Shown here: piece by piece, positions 59,318-64,000 of the stretch
How the letters are laid out: each line of letters begins with the position of its first letter
Numbering within the stretch: position 1 is the stretch's first letter
The notes under the pieces: generated by a model
Seen by the model: only the letters and a program-made list of their open reading frames with translations
Database searches by the model: none
What the model was told of the DNA's origin: nothing
Assembly (NCBI GenBank): GCA_950097015.1
Contig: CATNEN010000027.1
Location: 682,001-746,000 of the forward strand
DNA: 64,000 nucleotides
DNA from: Macrostomum hystrix
Lineage: Eukaryota; Animalia; Platyhelminthes
Direction: 5' to 3'
Program-made: the position numbers and the translations under genes

Positions 59318-61561
59318 TTGAGGACTGAAAGCCAGTTGTTTCTTAGAAAGAGATTGAAATTCTACTGACTACCTAGATTCTATCCCTTATAACTGATTCG
59401 AATGAGATTGAGGACTGAAAGCCAGTTGTTTCTTAGAAAGAGATTGAAATTCTACTGACTACCTAGATTCTATCCCTTATAACTGATTCGAATGAGATTG
59501 AGGACTGAAAGCCAGTTGTTTCTTAGAAAGAGATTGAAATTCTACTGACTACCTAGATTCTATCCCTTATAACTGATTCGAATGAGATTGAGGACTGAAA
59601 GCCAGTTGTTTCTTAGAAAGAGATTGAAATTCTACTGACTACCTAGATTCTATCCCTTATAACTGATTCGAATGAGATTGAGGACTGAAAGCCAGTTGTT
59701 TCTTAGAAAGAGATTGAAATTCTACTGACTACCTAGATTCTATCCCTTATAACTGATTCGAATGAGATTGAGGACTGAAAGCCAGTTGTTTCTTAGAAAG
59801 AGATTGAAATTCTACTGACTACCTAGATTCTATCCCTTATAACTGATTCGAATGAGATTGAGGACTGAAAGCCAGTTGTTTCTTAGAAAGAGATTGAAAT
59901 TCTACTGACTACCTAGATTCTATCCCTTATAACTGATTCGAATGAGATTGAGGACTGAAAGCCAGTTGTTTCTTAGAAAGAGATTGAAATTCTACTGACT
60001 ACCTAGATTCTATCCCTTATAACTGATTCGAATGAGATTGAGGACTGAAAGCCAGTTGTTTCTTAGAAAGAGATTGAAATTCTACTGACTACCTAGATTC
60101 TATCCCTTATAACTGATTCGAATGAGATTGAGGACTGAAAGCCAGTTGTTTCTTAGAAAGAGATTGAAATTCTACTGACTACCTAGATTCTATCCCTTAT
60201 AACTGATTCGAATGAGATTGAGGACTGAAAGCCAGTTGTTTCTTAGAAAGAGATTGAAATTCTACTGACTACCTAGATTCTATCCCTTATAACTGATTCG
60301 AATGAGATTGAGGACTGAAAGCCAGTTGTTTCTTAGAAAGAGATTGAAATTCTACTGACTACCTAGATTCTATCCCTTATAACTGATTCGAATGAGATTG
60401 AGGACTGAAAGCCAGTTGTTTCTTAGAAAGAGATTGAAATTCTACTGACTACCTAGATTCTATCCCTTATAACTGATTCGAATGAGATTGAGGACTGAAA
60501 GCCAGTTGTTTCTTAGAAAGAGATTGAAATTCTACTGACTACCTAGATTCTATCCCTTATAACTGATTCGAATGAGATTGAGGACTGAAAGCCAGTTGTT
60601 TCTTAGAAAGAGATTGAAATTCTACTGACTACCTAGATTCTATCCCTTATAACTGATTCGAATGAGATTGAGGACTGAAAGCCAGTTGTTTCTTAGAAAG
60701 AGATTGAAATTCTACTGACTACCTAGATTCTATCCCTTATAACTGATTCGAATGAGATTGAGGACTGAAAGCCAGTTGTTTCTTAGAAAGAGATTGAAAT
60801 TCTACTGACTAACTAGATTCTATCCCTTATAACTGATTCGAATGAGATTGAGGACTGAAAGCCAGTTGTTTCTTAGAAAGAGATTGAAATTCTACTGACT
60901 ACCTAGATTCTATCCCTTATAACTGATTCGAATGAGATTGAGGACTGAAAGCCAGTTGTTTCTTAGAAAGAGATTGAAATTCTACTGACTACCTAGATTC
61001 TATCCCTTATAACTGATTCGAATGAGATTGAGGACTGAAAGCCAGTTGTTTCTTAGAAAGAGATTGAAATTCTACTGACTACCTAGATTCTATCCCTTAT
61101 AACTGATTCGAATGAGATTGAGGACTGAAAGCCAGTTGTTTCTTAGAAAGAGATTGAAATTCTACTGACTACCTAGATTCTATCCCTTATAACTGATTCG
61201 AATGAGATTGAGGACTGAAAGCCAGTTGTTTCTTAGAAAGAGATTGAAATTCTACTGACTACCTAGATTCTATCCCTTATAACTGATTCGAATGAGATTG
61301 AGGACTGAAAGCCAGTTGTTTCTTAGAAAGAGATTGAAATTCTACTGACTACCTAGATTCTATCCCTTATAACTGATTCGAATGAGATTGAGGACTGAAA
61401 GCCAGTTGTTTCTTAGAAAGAGATTGAAATTCTACTGACTACCTAGATTCTATCCCTTATAACTGATTCGAATGAGATTGAGGACTGAAAGCCAGTTGTT
61501 TCTTAGAAAGAGATTGAAATTCTACTGACTAACTAGATTCTATCCCTTATAACTGATTCGA
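59318..61561. repeat. Near-perfect 90-bp tandem array, about 25 copies
   Basis: Lines recur with period 90; the only variants seen are C>A at 60812 and 61532. Confidence 0.97.
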
Positions 61562-62299
61562 AAAAACTATCTGTAGATATGGTTTCTCATTTATTTAGTT
61601 GAATAAACAGTAAATTTGAGCAAAATAAAAAATAAAGTAATATACCTCGTTTTTGCGCATCTTTACATAAAAGTTGTAACAAAACAGGACTTGCACTTTT
61701 ATTTCCATCTAGCCGAGCGGGTCACATCTCATAATATAACGCGCCAACTTTTGCTGTGTAGATGCTAACGCGATAAGTGGCTACCGCAAAGAGAGACTTG
61801 TCGTTGGGACGGGAACTAAAAAAAAATCCAACGTGACCAAATCAATAATGCACGCGCGAGCTTCAGTCAGGTTATGGCCTCTATAGCTACTCACAATCAA
61901 ATCTATCGAATTGTGCCTCATGCATAACATTCTCCATTCCCTTCCCATGCAATGCGTAAAAGCTACTTTCTCATGCCTGGCAACTGCTCGCTGCTAGCCA
62001 ATGAGTGCTCGAACGGTGGAGGGTTTTAGTCCACTGGCGATGTGATAAAAGCGAGGGTTACAAATGGAAGTCGCTAGTTGACTCAATGACACTTTTTATT
62101 CCGCAACAAATCCAATCGGAGTGCAACGGCAAACATTCAGCAGGGAATGCGACCTATTGAGTCAACATTGTCTTATCTGTGCTTGGCGATGGCTGCACTC
62201 GTTCTGAGATTCGTCAAAGGTAAAACTGGGGGCACTACTGGTTGCTCAGCCTCAGACTAGCACGTCTGAATACTCACCCTGACTACCCTGCTTTGTCTT

Positions 62300-63375
62300 G
62301 CTACCTACCTACCTCCTACTGTCTACCTCCTACTGTCTACCTCCTACTGTCTACCTCCTACTGTCTACCTCCTACTGTCTACCTCCTACTGTCTACCTCC
62401 TACTGTCTACCTCCTACTGTCTACCTCCTACTGTCTACCTCCTACTGTCTACATCCTACTGTCTACCTCCTACTGTCTACCCCCTACTGTCTACCTCCTA
62501 CTGTCTACCTCCTACTGTCTACCTCCTACTGTCTACCTCCTACTGTCTAACTCCTACTGTCTAACTCCTACTGTCTACCTCCTACTGTCTACCTCCTACT
62601 GTCTACCTCCTACTGTCTAACTCCTACTGTCTAACTCCTACTGTCTACCTCCTACTGTCTACCTCCTACTGTCTACCTCCTACTGTCTAACTCCTACTGT
62701 CTACCTCCTACTGTCTACCTCCTACTGTCTACCCCCTACTGTCTACCCCCTACTGTCTACCTCCTACTGTCTACCTCCTACTGTCTACATCCTACTGTCT
62801 ACATCCTACTGTCTACATCCTACTGTCTACCTCCTACTGTCTACCTCCTACTGTCTACCTCCTACTGTCTACCTCCTACTGTCTACCTCCTACTGTCTAC
62901 CTCCTACTGTCTACCTCCTACTGTCTACCTCCTACTGTCTACCTCCTACTGTCTACCCCCTACTGTCTACCTCCTACTGTCTACCCCTACTGTCTACCCC
63001 CTACTGTCTACCCCCTACTGTCTACCCCCTACTGTCTACCCCCTACTGTCTACCCCCTACTGTCTACCCCCTACTGTCTACATCCTACTGTCTACATCCT
63101 ACTGTCTACATCCTACTGTCTACCTCCTACTGTCTACATCCTACTGTCTACCTCCTACTGTCTACATCCTACTGTCTACCTCCTACTGTCTACCTCCTAC
63201 TGTCTACCTCCTACTGTCTACCTCCTACTGTCTACCTCCTACTGTCTACATCCTACTGTCTACATCCTTCTGTCTACCCCCTACTGTCTACATCCTACTG
63301 TCTACATCCTTCTGTCTACCCCCTACTGTCTACCCCCTACTGTCTACCTCCAACTGTCTACCCTACTGTCTACCT
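62300..63375. repeat. 14-bp minisatellite (CTCCTACTGTCTAC)
   Basis: Tandem units; 14-aa periodic ORFs. Confidence 0.95.
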
Positions 63376-64000
63376 CCGTCTGACTCATTCAAATTAGCTC
63401 GCCGAATTTAATTAGTTTTTGAAAAGATTCATTTCAAAGTGTTCAATGTACCACTGGAAAGCCTCTAAGAATTTAAAAGATAGAAACTTAAAAAAAGTAC
63501 GAGTATGCGATCCACATGTAAATTAACATCGATTCTATATTCTAGACTTGAGAATTGAGAGCACGGCAGCTCAAACCCAGCTCACACCGAACATGAAAGG
63601 ATTGGAAAATTTCACCCACTCGCTATTCAGAACCAGTTGGTCTCTCGCAGGCATTATCAGTCACTGTCGGCTCAATGATTTCCTAGAATTTTTATGAGCC
63701 CAAATGCGGCCAGTGGAGTGTAAAGTTATTGCCTACTTTTGCTCGATTATTTTTTTCTTTGATTGGCTTTGGCTAATTCAGTGGATTTTATCTAAGCTAC
63801 ATCGGTTTTTGGGAAATTGTATTTTTGACATCGTCTGCTTGAATTCCCATTTGGAAAGTAAAACTGTCTTTCTATGCCACTTTTGGCTTAAAATTATCGT
63901 ATACTACTGGTAGTATTGGTACAAAAAATTTTTTGCGAGTAACTTACGCCGTGCTAACCGTATTTGTAACAAGCTACTGTAAGTAGCTTTGAAGGAAAGA

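Noticed and set aside
62189-63720. + strand gene MAALVLRFVK|..GIISHCRLNDFLEF(Y)EPKCGQWS with a kelch-like look
   Set aside because: Needs a 1-nt deletion in a T run near 63690; too short to support without reads.

Overview
Eukaryotic (metazoan) genomic DNA with GC-rich spliced exons separated by introns packed with unrelated minisatellites; the style suggests a flatworm such as Macrostomum (inference only). Recognisable genes: a VRK-family kinase (3' part), a 14-exon receptor guanylate cyclase of the retinal/sensory type, a two-exon DEG/ENaC channel with a polyQ tail, an intronless stefin-type cystatin, an 8-exon SLC13 Na+/carboxylate transporter (- strand), a PtpB-like phosphatase whose catalytic motif is lost, and several orphan ORFs. 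An 8.6-kb LTR element (38316-46881, - strand) has two apparently identical 2371-bp TG...CA LTRs, a perfect tRNA-Leu primer-binding site and a PPT, but no gag/pol; its internal region carries duplicated RNA hairpins (LARD-like non-autonomous element). The main unexplained pattern is that tandem arrays begin at or just after 5' splice sites in most long introns; in two genes the repeat unit is the exon end plus the splice donor (about 31 copies in SLC13, 6 in the cyclase). Many long ORFs in the supplied track are repeat read-throughs. All coordinates were counted by eye; repeat boundaries are approximate.
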